64,000 nucleotides of DNA from Ranitomeya imitator (Eukaryota): contig NC_091289.1 in the NCBI RefSeq assembly GCF_032444005.1, positions 193,502,001-193,566,000 on the forward strand, given 5' to 3'. The notes under the pieces are model-generated. The model saw only the letters and a list, made by a program, of their open reading frames with translations, was not told the DNA's origin and did not search any database. Both the position numbers and the translations under genes were made by a program. This document shows, piece by piece, positions 9,089 to 24,504 of the stretch. Each line of letters opens with the position of its first letter. The first letter of the stretch is position 1.

Positions 9089-11097
9089 CTAGCTGAAGAG
9101 GCCGGCGTTGCCTGGGCATAGTAAATATCTGTGGTTAGTTATAGCACCTCACTTCTCTCATTTTCCCCATCACTCCTCTCATTCCCCTCTAACACTTGTC
9201 ATTTTGACCTCACATCTGTCATTTTCCGATCACTCCACTATTTTCCCTCACTCCTCTCATTTTGCACTCACACCTCTCATTTTCACCTCAGTATATACAT
9301 GTTTGTCATCTCCCTTATATATAGTATACACCTGTATGTCATCTCCTGTATATAGTATATACCTGTTGTGTGCCATCTCCCCTGTATATAGTATACCTGT
9401 ATGTCATCTCCTCCTATATATAGTATATACCTGTATGTCATCTCCTGTATATAGTATATACCTGTATGTCATCTCCCCTGTATATAGTATATACCTGTTG
9501 TGTGCCATCTCCCCTGTATATAGTATATACCTGTATGTCATCTCCTCCTATATATAGTATATACCTGTATGTCATCTCCTCCTGTATATAATATATACCT
9601 GTAAGTCATCTCCTCCTGTATATAGTATATACCTGCATGTCATCTTCTATATATAGTATATACCTGTATGTCATCTCCTCCTGTATATAGTATATACCTG
9701 TGTGTCATCTCCCCTGTATATAGCATATACCTGTATGTCATCTCCTCCTGTATATAGTATATACCTGTGGGTCATCTGCTCCTGTATATAGTATATACCT
9801 GTGGGTCATCTCCTCCTGTATATAGTATATACTTGTGTGTCATCTCCTCCTGTATATAGTATATACCTGTGTGTCATCTCCTCCTGTATATAGTATATAC
9901 TTGTATGTCATCTCCTCCTGTATATAGTATGTACCTGTATGTCATCTCCTCTATATAGTATATACCTGTGTGTCATCTCCCCTGTATATAGTATATACCT
10001 GTGTGTCATCTCCTCCTGTATTAGACCTCGTTCATACGTTATTTGCTCAGTATTTTTACCTCAGTATTTGTAAGCTAAATTGGCAGCCTGATAAATCCCC
10101 AGCCAACAGGGAGCCCTCCCCCTGGCAGTATATATTAGCTCACACATACACATAATAGACAGGTCATGTGACTGACAGCTGCCGTATTTCCTATATGGTA
10201 TATTTGTTGCTCTTGTAGGTTGTCTGCTTATTAATCAGATTTTTATTTTTGAAGGATAATACCAGACTTGTGTGTGTTTTAGGGCGAGTTTCGTTTGTCA
10301 AGTTGTGTGTGTTGAGTTGCATGTGGCGACATGCATGTAGCGACTTTTGTGAGATGAGTTTTGTGTGGCGACATGCGTGTAGCAACTTTTTGTGTCGAGT
10401 TGCATGCGACAGGTTAGTGTAGCAAGTTGTGTGCAGCAAGTTTTGCGCATGGCGCGTTTTGCGCGTGGCGAGTTTTATGTGTGGTGCCTTTTGAGTATGT
10501 GCAAGTTTTGTGTGAGGCAACTTTTGCATGTGTTGCAACTTTTGTGCATGTGGCAATTTTTCCGCGGGTGCAAGTTTTGCGTGAGGCGAGTTTTCCCATG
10601 AGGTGAGTGTTGCGCTTGGCGAGTTTTGAGCGGCGACTTTTGTGTTTGGACTTTTATGTGGCGAGGTTGGTGTATGTGTGGTGAAATGTGTGCTGAGGGT
10701 AATATGTGTTCAAGCACGTGGTAGTGTGTGGCGCATTTTGTGTGTGTTCATATGCCCGTGTGTGGTGAGTATCCCATGTCGGGGCCCCACCTTAGCAGCT
10801 GTACGGTATATACTCTTTGGCGCCATCGCTCTCATTCTTTAAGTCCCCCTTGTTCACATCTGGCAGCTGTCAATTTGCCTCTAACACTTTTCCTTTCACT
10901 TTTTTCCCCATTATGTAGATAGGGGCAAAATTGTTTGGTGAATTGGAAAGCGCGGGGTTAAAATTTCACCTCACAATATAGCCTATGACGCTCTCAGGGT
11001 CCAGACGTGTGACTGTGCAAAATTTTGTGGCTGTAGCTGCGACGGTGCAGATGCCAATCCCGGACATACACACACACATTCAGCTTTATATATTAGA
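9089..11097 (-). mobile_element. Non-autonomous Helitron
   Basis: Minus strand reads A|TCTAATATATAAAG at the 5' end and an imperfect hairpin CCCAGGCAACGCCGG followed by TCTTCAGCTAG|T at the 3' end. Inserted between A and T with no TSD; no Rep/helicase ORF. Confidence 0.82.
9290..10020. repeat. ~33-bp minisatellite (TATATAGTATATACCTGTATGTCATCTCCTCCTG) inside the Helitron
   Basis: About 20 tandem, slightly variable units. Confidence 0.95.
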
Positions 11098-12659
11098 TGT
11101 TACAGGCGAGGAGCCTACATATCCTCATCTAGACATATCTAAAAGTAAAAATAAAAAAAATAACGAAGTGGGGCGAGGGGGGGCAAAAAAAAACATTTCC
11201 GCAAATTCTATAATAGAGGTGAAGGCGATAATCTTGATTCCGGTCCTCGTCGTACTCCGGTATCCGGTACGTTCTGCGGAGCTTTATGTAACCCGGCTAC
11301 ATGTTTATATCCTGAGCTGCCCCATTGTATAACATGGCGCTGCTGTAACAACGGCATAAAGCTGATGACTCAAAGCAAACACCGAGATCACGGGTATACA
11401 GTACACACTGATATAGAGAAGTATCAGAGCGGAGGCTGGAAGCTCCGGCACCGCACCACTAACCCCCATAGGGCTCTGCAGGAACTTGAACAGTCACACA
11501 TTCGTGCCACCAAAATTGGAAGCTCCTACATCACGGCAGGCTGAAATCCAGGATTAGAAAAACATGGCTACTTTATTCTGAAAACAGCACCCCCACCTGT
11601 CTTCAGGTTGTGTGTGGTATTGCGGGTCAGATCTTTTCTAATGTTTTTGTACAACTTGTGTACTCTTTGTTTGTTTATAGTTCAATAAAGACGGTTTATA
11701 AAAAAATAAAAAAATAAGAGGGGCTGCAAGCAGCTTCTCTTACGCTGGAGGACCGACCTGATTGCTCGTTACACAGAAGCCCATTGCTTTCTATAGCCAC
11801 CTTGTAATTCCTTCTGCTCCCTGCGGAGGCGCTGTGGGGGAACTGAACACCTGCTGATCACAGCTGATCACTGAGGGTCCCAGTTACCCCGTGATCTGCC
11901 TGTTCTACATAAAGTGGAGAAGTTCCTTAGTGGAACTAAAAGGAGCCATTTTTCTTCTTTTTCCAGACTTTGATGGACTTCTTCGAGTAGGACGGTCCGG
12001 TTCTGTGGCGCTCTGGCGTCTGCAGCTTTAGAACTGATAAGCTGCAATAAAGCGAAGAGGATAAGCGGCGATCATGAAGTTGTGACGCCGCTTATCTCCT
12101 TTGGTAACAGGAGACGATCTAATCATCAGTTATACACAGAGCAGAAAACTCGAACAAACGCCAGAAGTGATGTAATGTGTACGGTGACCTGCGCCGTCTG
12201 TGGGTACACCGGTAACGGATCCTCGGAATATCAGTGCACGGAACATAGGGAGGTGTCACCCGACACATGTACCTACAACATATCGATCCTCCGGCTCCAG
12301 ACTGATAGGAGAAAGGAGCGCACAGGAAGAAAGACTCCACAGCAGTTCCCTACAGGCTCTGCGGCTCTGGCGATGGGGTAATGGTCTCTCCCAGGTTATA
12401 AAAGCTGAACAGGAGCGCTTTTTTAATCATCTTGTCATCTGTAGATCCAAAATTCTTTGAAAATAGGTGACTCAATATATCTGTGGAAATGTCAGAGCTC
12501 CAAATCCTCTGCATAGGCAAAAAAAGTCTCTCATTCTGCCTACCTGCAGGCACCACTAGGGGGAGCTCAGGTCACTATGGTATTTTTTTTTTTTTTTTTT
12601 AAAGGCGAACCCATCCGCAAACTTCCCAGTCTATAATGACAGGTAACAAGGACATGTAT

Positions 12660-13560
12660 TGTGGGACCCCACACAGTATGATGCCTCCCACTGTGTAATG
12701 CTTCACTGTCCACACATAGTATGATGCCCACACAGTGCTTCACAAAGTGTAATGCACCCACAGTGCCTCCACACAGTATGATGCCCCCCATAATGTCCCC
12801 CAAACTGTCTAATGCTTCAGTGTCACCTCAGAGTATGACGCCGACGCAGTGCCCCACAAAGTGAAATGCACCCACAATACCCCCTACACAGTATGATACC
12901 CCTGCAGTCCCCCCACACACACACACACACACTGTAATGGCCTACAGTGATCAGCACATAGAGTCCGACACAAAATATGTAATGCCTCCACAGTGTCCCC
13001 CACATCGTATCACACCCACACAGTGCCCCCTACACATAATAAGTCCTCACTGTGCCTCCACACAGTATGATGTCCCAGCAGTCCCCACACACACTGTAAT
13101 GGCTTACAGTGACCCGCACAGTGTCCCACACAATGTAATGCCTCCACAGTGTCCCCCACACAGTATCACACCTACACAGTTCCTCAACACAGTATGATGT
13201 CCCCACAGTCCCCCCACACACACACTGTAATGCTCCAGAGTGCCCCCACGCAGTATCACACCCACACAGTGCCGTTACACATAATATGTCCCCACAGTGC
13301 CCTCACAGTGTAATGCCCCCAAAATGCACTCTACACATACAGCATGATGACCACACAGTGTCCCCCAAAGAGTAATGCCTCAACACAGTACAGTGCTCCG
13401 CAATGCCCCCTCTCACAGTGTAATGCCCCCTACACAATATAATGCTTCCACAGGGCCTGTGCCCCCGCCTAGTGTAAACCCCACACACAGTATGATGCCC
13501 CCACACAGTGTAATGCCCTCACTATTCCCCACACACAGTATGTTGCCCATCTAAGTGCCC
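12660..13560. repeat. Degenerate C/A-rich tandem repeat (CCCCCACACAGTATGATG-like)
   Basis: Recurring CACAGTATGATG / CACAGTGTAATGCC modules. Confidence 0.75.
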
Positions 13561-15108
13561 TCTATGCTCAGTTACGTCCCCATTGTACCCCCCTGTATAG
13601 TATGATGTTCCTTCCTCTTCCCCCTCAGAATACCACACTGGCTAATAAAAAAAAAAAGCTACAAAAACCACATTCCCAGCAGTGTGCCCACAATGATCTG
13701 CCCGGACTGTGCTGCGTGTGATGCCATCGCACCCGCTGGGTAGAGACTCGGATGCACAGGCAGGATGGTGAAGTAGGGAGCCGACAACACCTCGCTCCAC
13801 CATGGAAATCAGGCTGTACCCCGGGACCCCCTGCTCAGGGTTCACCCCATCAAACACCGCCAGGGGAACAGCAGTCTCAGCCCCCACATAACTCATTCCC
13901 ACTGTAGTCGATTGTGCGAGATCCTGGGCATGGCCACCACCAGTGAGAAGAACTGCACCTTGTCCATTACCACACCAGTGTGAACAAGACCCAGGACACA
14001 AGCAGGGCTTACATTTAGGCTAGGTTTCCACGGGACTTATTCCTTCAGTATTTGCTGCGGATTGGGCATTGCGTACAGCCTCAGCGTCCAATCTGCAGCA
14101 TCCAGATGTTACAGCATAACCGGACATGTGGCGCGTCTTTCCAGACCGCAGCATGTCTATTTATCTTGCTGAGACGCTCCGTCTCCACAAGATAAAAATG
14201 ACAGTCCAATGTATAGGATGCGGTGATTCCGCACGGTTCAGTCAACAACTACGGAATCATCTGCGTTCAAAAGCCGGCAGCGCTTTGGGTGGATCGGGGA
14301 TCCGCTGCGTCCAAAGCACTGCCGGTACGCCACATGGAAACATAGCCAGTCCGTGCCAGGCGCAGTTATTGAGACGCGCTGCTGGTATCACAGAGCGCCA
14401 TGATGCGCTTCACGCGGCTGAGCATCACAATCTGTGAATCTGGGGCGGATTTATCCACGGTGAATCTACAGCTTTTCTGCACACGGAGCTGATTTTGCAG
14501 CGGATTTGGTGCACATTTCAACCTTTCTTTCCGCACAAATAATCAAAATGCTGAAGATTTAATAATCAGCAACAACGCTGCTCAACGTCCAAGCAGAAAA
14601 TATCTGTAATGTAGAGATGAGATCTTCCCAAATCTCAGTACTTAGCGGGGGATAAACTGCACCGAGGCCAAAGATGCAACTTGTGACGTCAGCCTAAAAC
14701 GAAGACAAAGAAACGACCAGGGCTACACTGTCAGGATTAGCCGATTTCTCCCATTTCATTAGGTCAGGGAATTGGTATTTAAGCAGTTTCCTGACACATT
14801 CTGCAGTGGATCTCGGGCTCCTTTCACACGATGAGGCTTTTGTGGAGTTTTTGACGTTGTAGATTTTCTGCACAAATTAAGTAAAATAGAATAATTGCAT
14901 TTTTTTCAAAAATCCGCAGCGTCAAAACCTCATCATGGGAACGTCGCCTTAAAGGGAACATTCAACTTTATAACCTGATTCCTCAGTGATCGCACAGAGC
15001 CGCCTGTCAGCTTCTGCCTTCGCACCTGTCCAATATAGTCCCTAAAAATTGGGGGGGTTAGCAAAAAAAACGTAGAGCAAAATCGTACAAGTAACAGTAA
15101 GAGATGTA

Positions 15109-15727
15109 GGCTAGCTTCCCGCTTGTGGTGGAGTCCGCAGCTTCTTGTCCGCAACTGCAAATGCACGGCAAAATGTATGGCAAAATGCATGGCAAAATGC
15201 ACGGGAAAATGCACGGGAAAATGCACGGGAAAATGCACGGGAAAATGCACGGGAAAATGCACAGCAAAATGCACAGCAAAATGCATGGGAAAATGCACGG
15301 CAGCGCTGTATCCGCATCAGCTTACGCATGGCGGCAAAAAAACGCTGCGGTTTTGCATGCGTTTGCTTTTTATGCGCATGCGTTCGATATTTCCAGGAGG
15401 GCGTGTCTAAATCAGCCCTTGGACGTGCGTAGTCCGGAGCACGCATGCGCATTGAACACATGCGCCGGCAAAGACATAAGTACGCATGCGTTCCCATAGA
15501 CAGTAATGCATTTTTAATGTACTCATCCACATGCCTGTGCATATTTGACGGAAATTTGCCGCCTCAAAAATTCCAACATGGTGCGTCAGCCGCGCACCGC
15601 AAAACGACACACGTGTAACCAAACGCGGGCGAACGCATGGAAACGCATCGACCTGCGTCCACAATAAGATAGGAAATCAAGACGCATCAGAAACGCTGCG
15701 GACACAACTGCAAATGTGAAACCGGCC
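15109..15727. mobile_element. MITE-like element with degenerate TIRs and an internal 12-bp tandem repeat
   Basis: Left GGCTAGCTTCCCGCTTGTGG..GTCCGCAGC resembles the reverse complement of right GCTGCGGACACAACTGCAAATGTGAAACCGGCC. AAAATGCACGGG repeated about 12 times at 15160-15300. Confidence 0.55.
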
Positions 15728-15989
15728 CAAGCTACCCAGCACTGCACCAATAGTGACCAAAAAAGGCGCTATTTAAAGGGATGAACGCAGTTAAAGGTAC
15801 AGGCTCCAATGGGCTCTCTCTCCACATGTAGAGATGGGCGCTGTCACTTTAACCGCAGCCCCAGATCACGGCCATCACAGTCCTATTCATCAGCGCAGGT
15901 GCTGCCTCCACTGTACGACATGCTGGGTGTTGTAGTCCCTCTGAGCTGCGCACTAGATCATTGGTGACCTTGGAATAAGGCGCTGCTGA

Positions 15990-19973
<3,984 letters not shown>

Positions 19974-20295
19974 TAAAAAAACTGCCCCGAAACGTGCCGG
20001 CGTCCACCGTCCAGCATTAGCGGCTCCGCCCTCCGCCCTCACCCCGTCCCGACTCTATAGGAGCTTGTAATATTCAGTTGCGGCTATCTGGTGATTATCT
20101 GCACATTCTTAGAGAAATAATTAATACACAGTTGTGTTAAGTCTTCTCATTTTCACACAACATCCTAGAACGTTTTCCATTCTTATTAATTCCTTTATTT
20201 AATCCAACAGGGAAAACAAAACACACTGCAGAATATGGAGAAACATCCGGAGCCGCACGTCCTGATCACTGAACTCTGATTTCTTAGTTTACAGC

Positions 20296-23025
20296 TTCCG
20301 GCCCCTCCATTGCCCCTGGTGTATAACATCCGGCCCCTCCATTGCCCCTGGTATATAATATCCGGCTCCTCCATTGTCCCTGGTGAATAACATCCGGCCC
20401 CTCTATTGCCCAAGTTATATAACATCCGGCCCCTCCATTGCCCCCAGTATATAACATCCCCCCCCCCTCATTGCCTCCAGTGTATAACATCCGGCCCCTC
20501 CATTGCCCCTGGTGTATAACATCCGGCCCCTCCATTGCCCCTGGTGTATAACATCCGGCCCCTCCATTGCCCCTGGTGTATAACATCCGGCCCCTCCATT
20601 GCCCCCAGTGTATAACATCCCCCCCCTCATTGCCCCCAGTGTATAACATCCCCCCCCTCATTGCCTCCAGTGTATAACATCCGGCCCCTCCATTGCCCCC
20701 AGTGTATTGCCTCCAGTGTATAACATCCGGCCCCTCCACTGCCCCCGGTGTATTACTTCCGGCCCCTCCATTGCCCCAGGTATATAACATCCAGCCCCTC
20801 CTCTGCCCCTGGTGTATAACATCCGGCCCCTCCACTGCCCCTGGTGTATAACATCCGGCCCCTCCATTGCCACTGGTGTATTACTTCTGGCCCCTCCACT
20901 GCCCCCGGTGTATAACAATCGGCCCCTCCACTGTTATGACCTGGTGGTTAGGAGCACCCAGAATGACCTGATAGTTAAACCTCATACAGGACGAGCTCTG
21001 GGATGTGGGAGCTCTGCTGACCGCAAGCCCTAATCCTATCACACACACTAGAAATAGCCGTGGAGCGCTCCGGACGCTCCCTAGGCGCCTCGTCACAGCC
21101 TAAGAACTATCTAGCCCTAGAGATGGAAAATAAAGCCTACCTTGCCTCAGAGAAATTCCCCAAAGGAATAGGCAGCCCCCCACATATAATGACTGTGAGT
21201 AAAGATGAAAGTCACAAACGCAGAGATGAAACAGGTTTCAGCAAAGGGAGGCCAGACTAACTAAATAGACAGAGGATAGGAAAGGTAACTTTGCGATCAG
21301 CACAAAAACCTACAAAAGACCACGCAGAGTGTGCAAAAAAGACCTCCGCCCCGACTCACGGTGCGGAGGGGCCACTCTGCATCCCAGAGATTCCAGCTAG
21401 CAAGACAAAATCATGATAACCAGCTGGACAAGAAAACAGTGAACAAATAATGACTATCAGGAACTTAGCTTCTGCAGGAGAAGGCAGGTCACCAGAGAGA
21501 TCCAGGAGCGAACTGAACCAATGCATAAACATTGACAGCTGGCATGGAGTAACGATCTGAGAGGAGTTAAATAGAGCAGCCAACCAAAGAATAAACCACG
21601 TCACCTGTGTAAGGAACCTCAGAAGCAGCAGCTTCACTCATAGCCACCAGAGGGAGCCCATAGACAGAACTCGCCGAAGTACCACTCACGACCACAGGAG
21701 GGAGTTCGACAACAGAATTCACAACACTCCACTGCCCCTAGTGTATAACATCCAGCCCCTCCATTGCCCCCGGTGTATAACATCCGGCCCCTCCACTGCC
21801 CCTAGTGTATAACATCCGGCCCCTCAATTGCCCCCAGTATATAACATCCCCCCCCCTCATTGCCTCCAGTGTATAACATCCGGCCCCTCCACTGCCCCCG
21901 GTGCATAACAATCGGCCCCTCCACTGCCCCTGGTGTATTACTTCCTGCCCCTCCATTGCCCCTGGTGTATAACATCCAGCCCCTCCTCTGCCCCTGGTGT
22001 ATAACATCCGGCCCCTCCACTGCCCCTGGTGTATAACATCCGGCCCCTCCACTGCCCCTGGTGTATAACATCCGGCCCCTCCACTGTCCCTGGTGTATAA
22101 TATCCGGCCCTTCCTTTGCCCCTGGTGTATAACATCCGGCCCCTCCACTGTCCCTGGTGTATTACTTCTGGCCCCTCCATTGCCCCTGGTGTATAACATC
22201 TGGCCTCTCCATTGCCCCCGGTGTATAACATCCGGCCCCTCCATTGCCCCGGTGTATTACTTCTGGCCCCTCCATTGCCCCTGGTGTATAACATCCGGCC
22301 CCACCATTGCCCCCAGTATATAACATCCCCCCCTCATTGCCCCTGGTGTATAACATCCAGCCCCTCCATTGCCCCGGTGTATTACTTCTGGCCCCTCCAT
22401 TGCCCCTGGTGTATAACATCCGGCCCTTCCATTGCCCCGCTGTATTACTTCTGGCCCCTCCATTGCCCCTGGTGTATAACATCCGGCCCCACCATTGCCC
22501 CCAGTATATAACATCCCCCCCTCATTGCCCCTGGTGTATAACATCCAGCCCTTCCATTGCCCTGGTGTATTACTTCTGGCCCCTCCATTGCCCCTGGTGT
22601 ATAACATCCGGCCCCTCCATTGCCCTGGTGTATTACTTCTGGCCCCTCCACTGCCCCTGGTGTATAACATCCGGCCCATCCACTGCCCCTGGTGTATAAC
22701 ATCCGGCCCCTCCACTGCCCCCGGTGTATTACTTCTGGCCCCTCCATTGCCCCTGGTGTATAACATCCGGCCCCTCTATTGCCCCGGTGTATTACTTCTG
22801 GCCCCTCCATTGCCCCCAGTATATAACATCCCCCCCTCATTGCCCCTGGTGTATAACATCCGGCCCTTCCATTGCCCCGGTGTATTACTTCTGGCCCCTC
22901 CATTGCCCCCAGTATATAACATCCCCCCCTCATTGCCCCTGGTGTATAACATCCGGCCCCTCCACTGCCCCTGGTGTATAACATCCGGCCCCTCCATTGC
23001 CCCGGTGTATTACTTCTGGCCCCTC
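20296..23025. repeat. ~32-bp C-rich minisatellite (CATCCGGCCCCTCCATTGCCCCTGGTGTATAA), interrupted by a solo LTR
   Basis: Tandem units with 31-bp variants; ~95-bp three-unit periodicity in the right part. Confidence 0.96.
20932..21726 (-). mobile_element. Solo LTR (795 bp) of a chromovirus family related to the element at 24505
   Basis: TG...CA ends; the minus strand starts TGTTGTGAATTCTG like the Gypsy LTRs; 6-bp TSD CTCCAC (20926-20931, 21727-21732). Confidence 0.9.
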
Positions 23026-23267
23026 GTCATGCCATCCGCCATTACTACCATGTGACAGAGCGGCTGGTGGTGCAGGGCTCACAGATACATCCGCGTCCTG
23101 TAATAGGAGCCACCGGGGTCACAAGTCCGTCCAGGACATTTCTTCCTCCTGAATCTTCCCCCATCACCTGTGACTGATAATACTGAGAAGTGGAAGGAAC
23201 CGCAGCAGCTCAGCCACAAAGTGTAGACCCCGTAACGTTACAAAGCGGGGGAACAAGGGCAGAAAAG

Positions 23268-23360
23268 TCACCGCAGCTCTGCAGACCCCATAACTGCAGA
23301 GTCGCACAGAGCCCGGACCTCTGCATCATCCAGCGCAGCTCCGGCCTCCTTCCATTCATC
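23268..23360 (-). CDS. CRYZ: CRYZ copy A coding exon 8: first 10 codons canonical, then a novel 20-aa tail
   Basis: Acceptor GTTTGGTTTTAG as in copy B; [10 protein letters not shown] matches copy [11 protein letters not shown], then DDAEVRALCDSAVMGSAELR-stop. Confidence 0.8.
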   Translation of the reverse strand, partial: DEWKEAGAALDDAEVRALCDSAVMGSAELR

Positions 23361-23759
23361 CTAAAACCAAACAAGGTCTTTATTGTTAATACTCTGAGGG
23401 TCCGACTCATCTAGACCGGCCTGATGATGAGGGGGCCGTGCTGGAGACATCGGGGGCTTATCTACAGCATTACAGAATGCTGTAGATAGGCCCCTGATGC
23501 TGGTGGGCTAAGCTCAACTTACATTTTGGGGGTGACAGGTTCCCTTTAAATCAGGTTTTGTGTTAAATTTATTTTTTGTAAGTTTAAGTTAACAACAAAA
23601 AATTACTTCCCTGTCACAATCTGTATCAAAAATTAAAAAAGAAATCTCACAATTTTCAGGCTGGTCACTGGGGCTAAGAAGAGGACTGTCAATTCTAGAA
23701 AAGCCACAGTAATAATTGTATAACTGAGGTCACAACTCTATAGGCAACAAACAGGAGAA

Positions 23760-24504
23760 CATTGACCGAAGAACACCAGAAACAGGGAGGCAGTACTATC
23801 TGAATGGACTGTGAAGCAGTACTATCTGAACCAATGTAATTTACAGGGAGAGAGGGAGGCAGCACTATCTGAACGAACAGGGAGAGACAGACAGGCAGTA
23901 CTATCTGGACAGGGAGGCAGCACTATCTGAGGCAATTAAATTTACAGAGAGGCAGCACAATCTGAACGGAGAGCAAGCGAAAGGGAGGCAGAACTATCTG
24001 AACCTACATCATTTACAAGGAGAAACAGGAAAGCAGCACTATCTGAACCTACATCATTTACAGGGAGCAATAGGGAGGCGGCAGCACTTTGTGAACCAAC
24101 ATCATTTACATGAGAAATAGTGAAGTAGCACTATCTGAACCAATGTAATTTACGGAGACAGATAGGGAACCAGCACTATCTAAAACAGCAGGGAGGCAGC
24201 AATATATGAACCAATAGGGAGAGAGAGGGAGGCAGCACTATCTGAACTGACATCATTTACAGGGAGAGACAGGGAGGCAGCACTATCTGAACTGACATCA
24301 TTTACAGGTAGAGACAGGGAGGCAGCACTATCTGAACTGACATTATTTACAGGTAGAGACAGGGAGGCAGCACTATCTGAACTGACATTATTTACAGGGA
24401 GAGACAGGGAGGCAGCACTATCTGAACTGACATCATTTACAGGGAGAGACAGGGAGGCAGCACTATCTGAACTGACATCATTTACAGGGAGAGACAGGGA
24501 GGAA
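23760..24504. repeat. ~45-bp minisatellite (GGGAGGCAGCACTATCTGAACTGACATCATTTACAGGGAGAGACA), resuming at 30195
   Basis: Degenerate units on the left grading into homogeneous units next to the Gypsy insertion. Confidence 0.9.

Noticed and set aside
11950-12060. Acceptor-like TTTTCCAG, short ORF and AATAAA on plus
   Set aside because: No recognisable protein and no partner exon; would be antisense within the putative ERICH3 intron.
13642-14001. 119-aa ORF in GC-balanced unique-looking sequence
   Set aside because: No motif recognised in any frame; may be an old TE fragment.
20195-23055. Many overlapping ORFs such as MEGPDVIHQGQWRGRMLYTRG
   Set aside because: Frame-rotating translations of the 32-bp minisatellite.
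23025-23055. Possible displaced remnant of CRYZ exon 8 (CATGG..GCGGATGGC on minus)
   Set aside because: Short gapped match only; the following [11 protein letters not shown] codons are absent.
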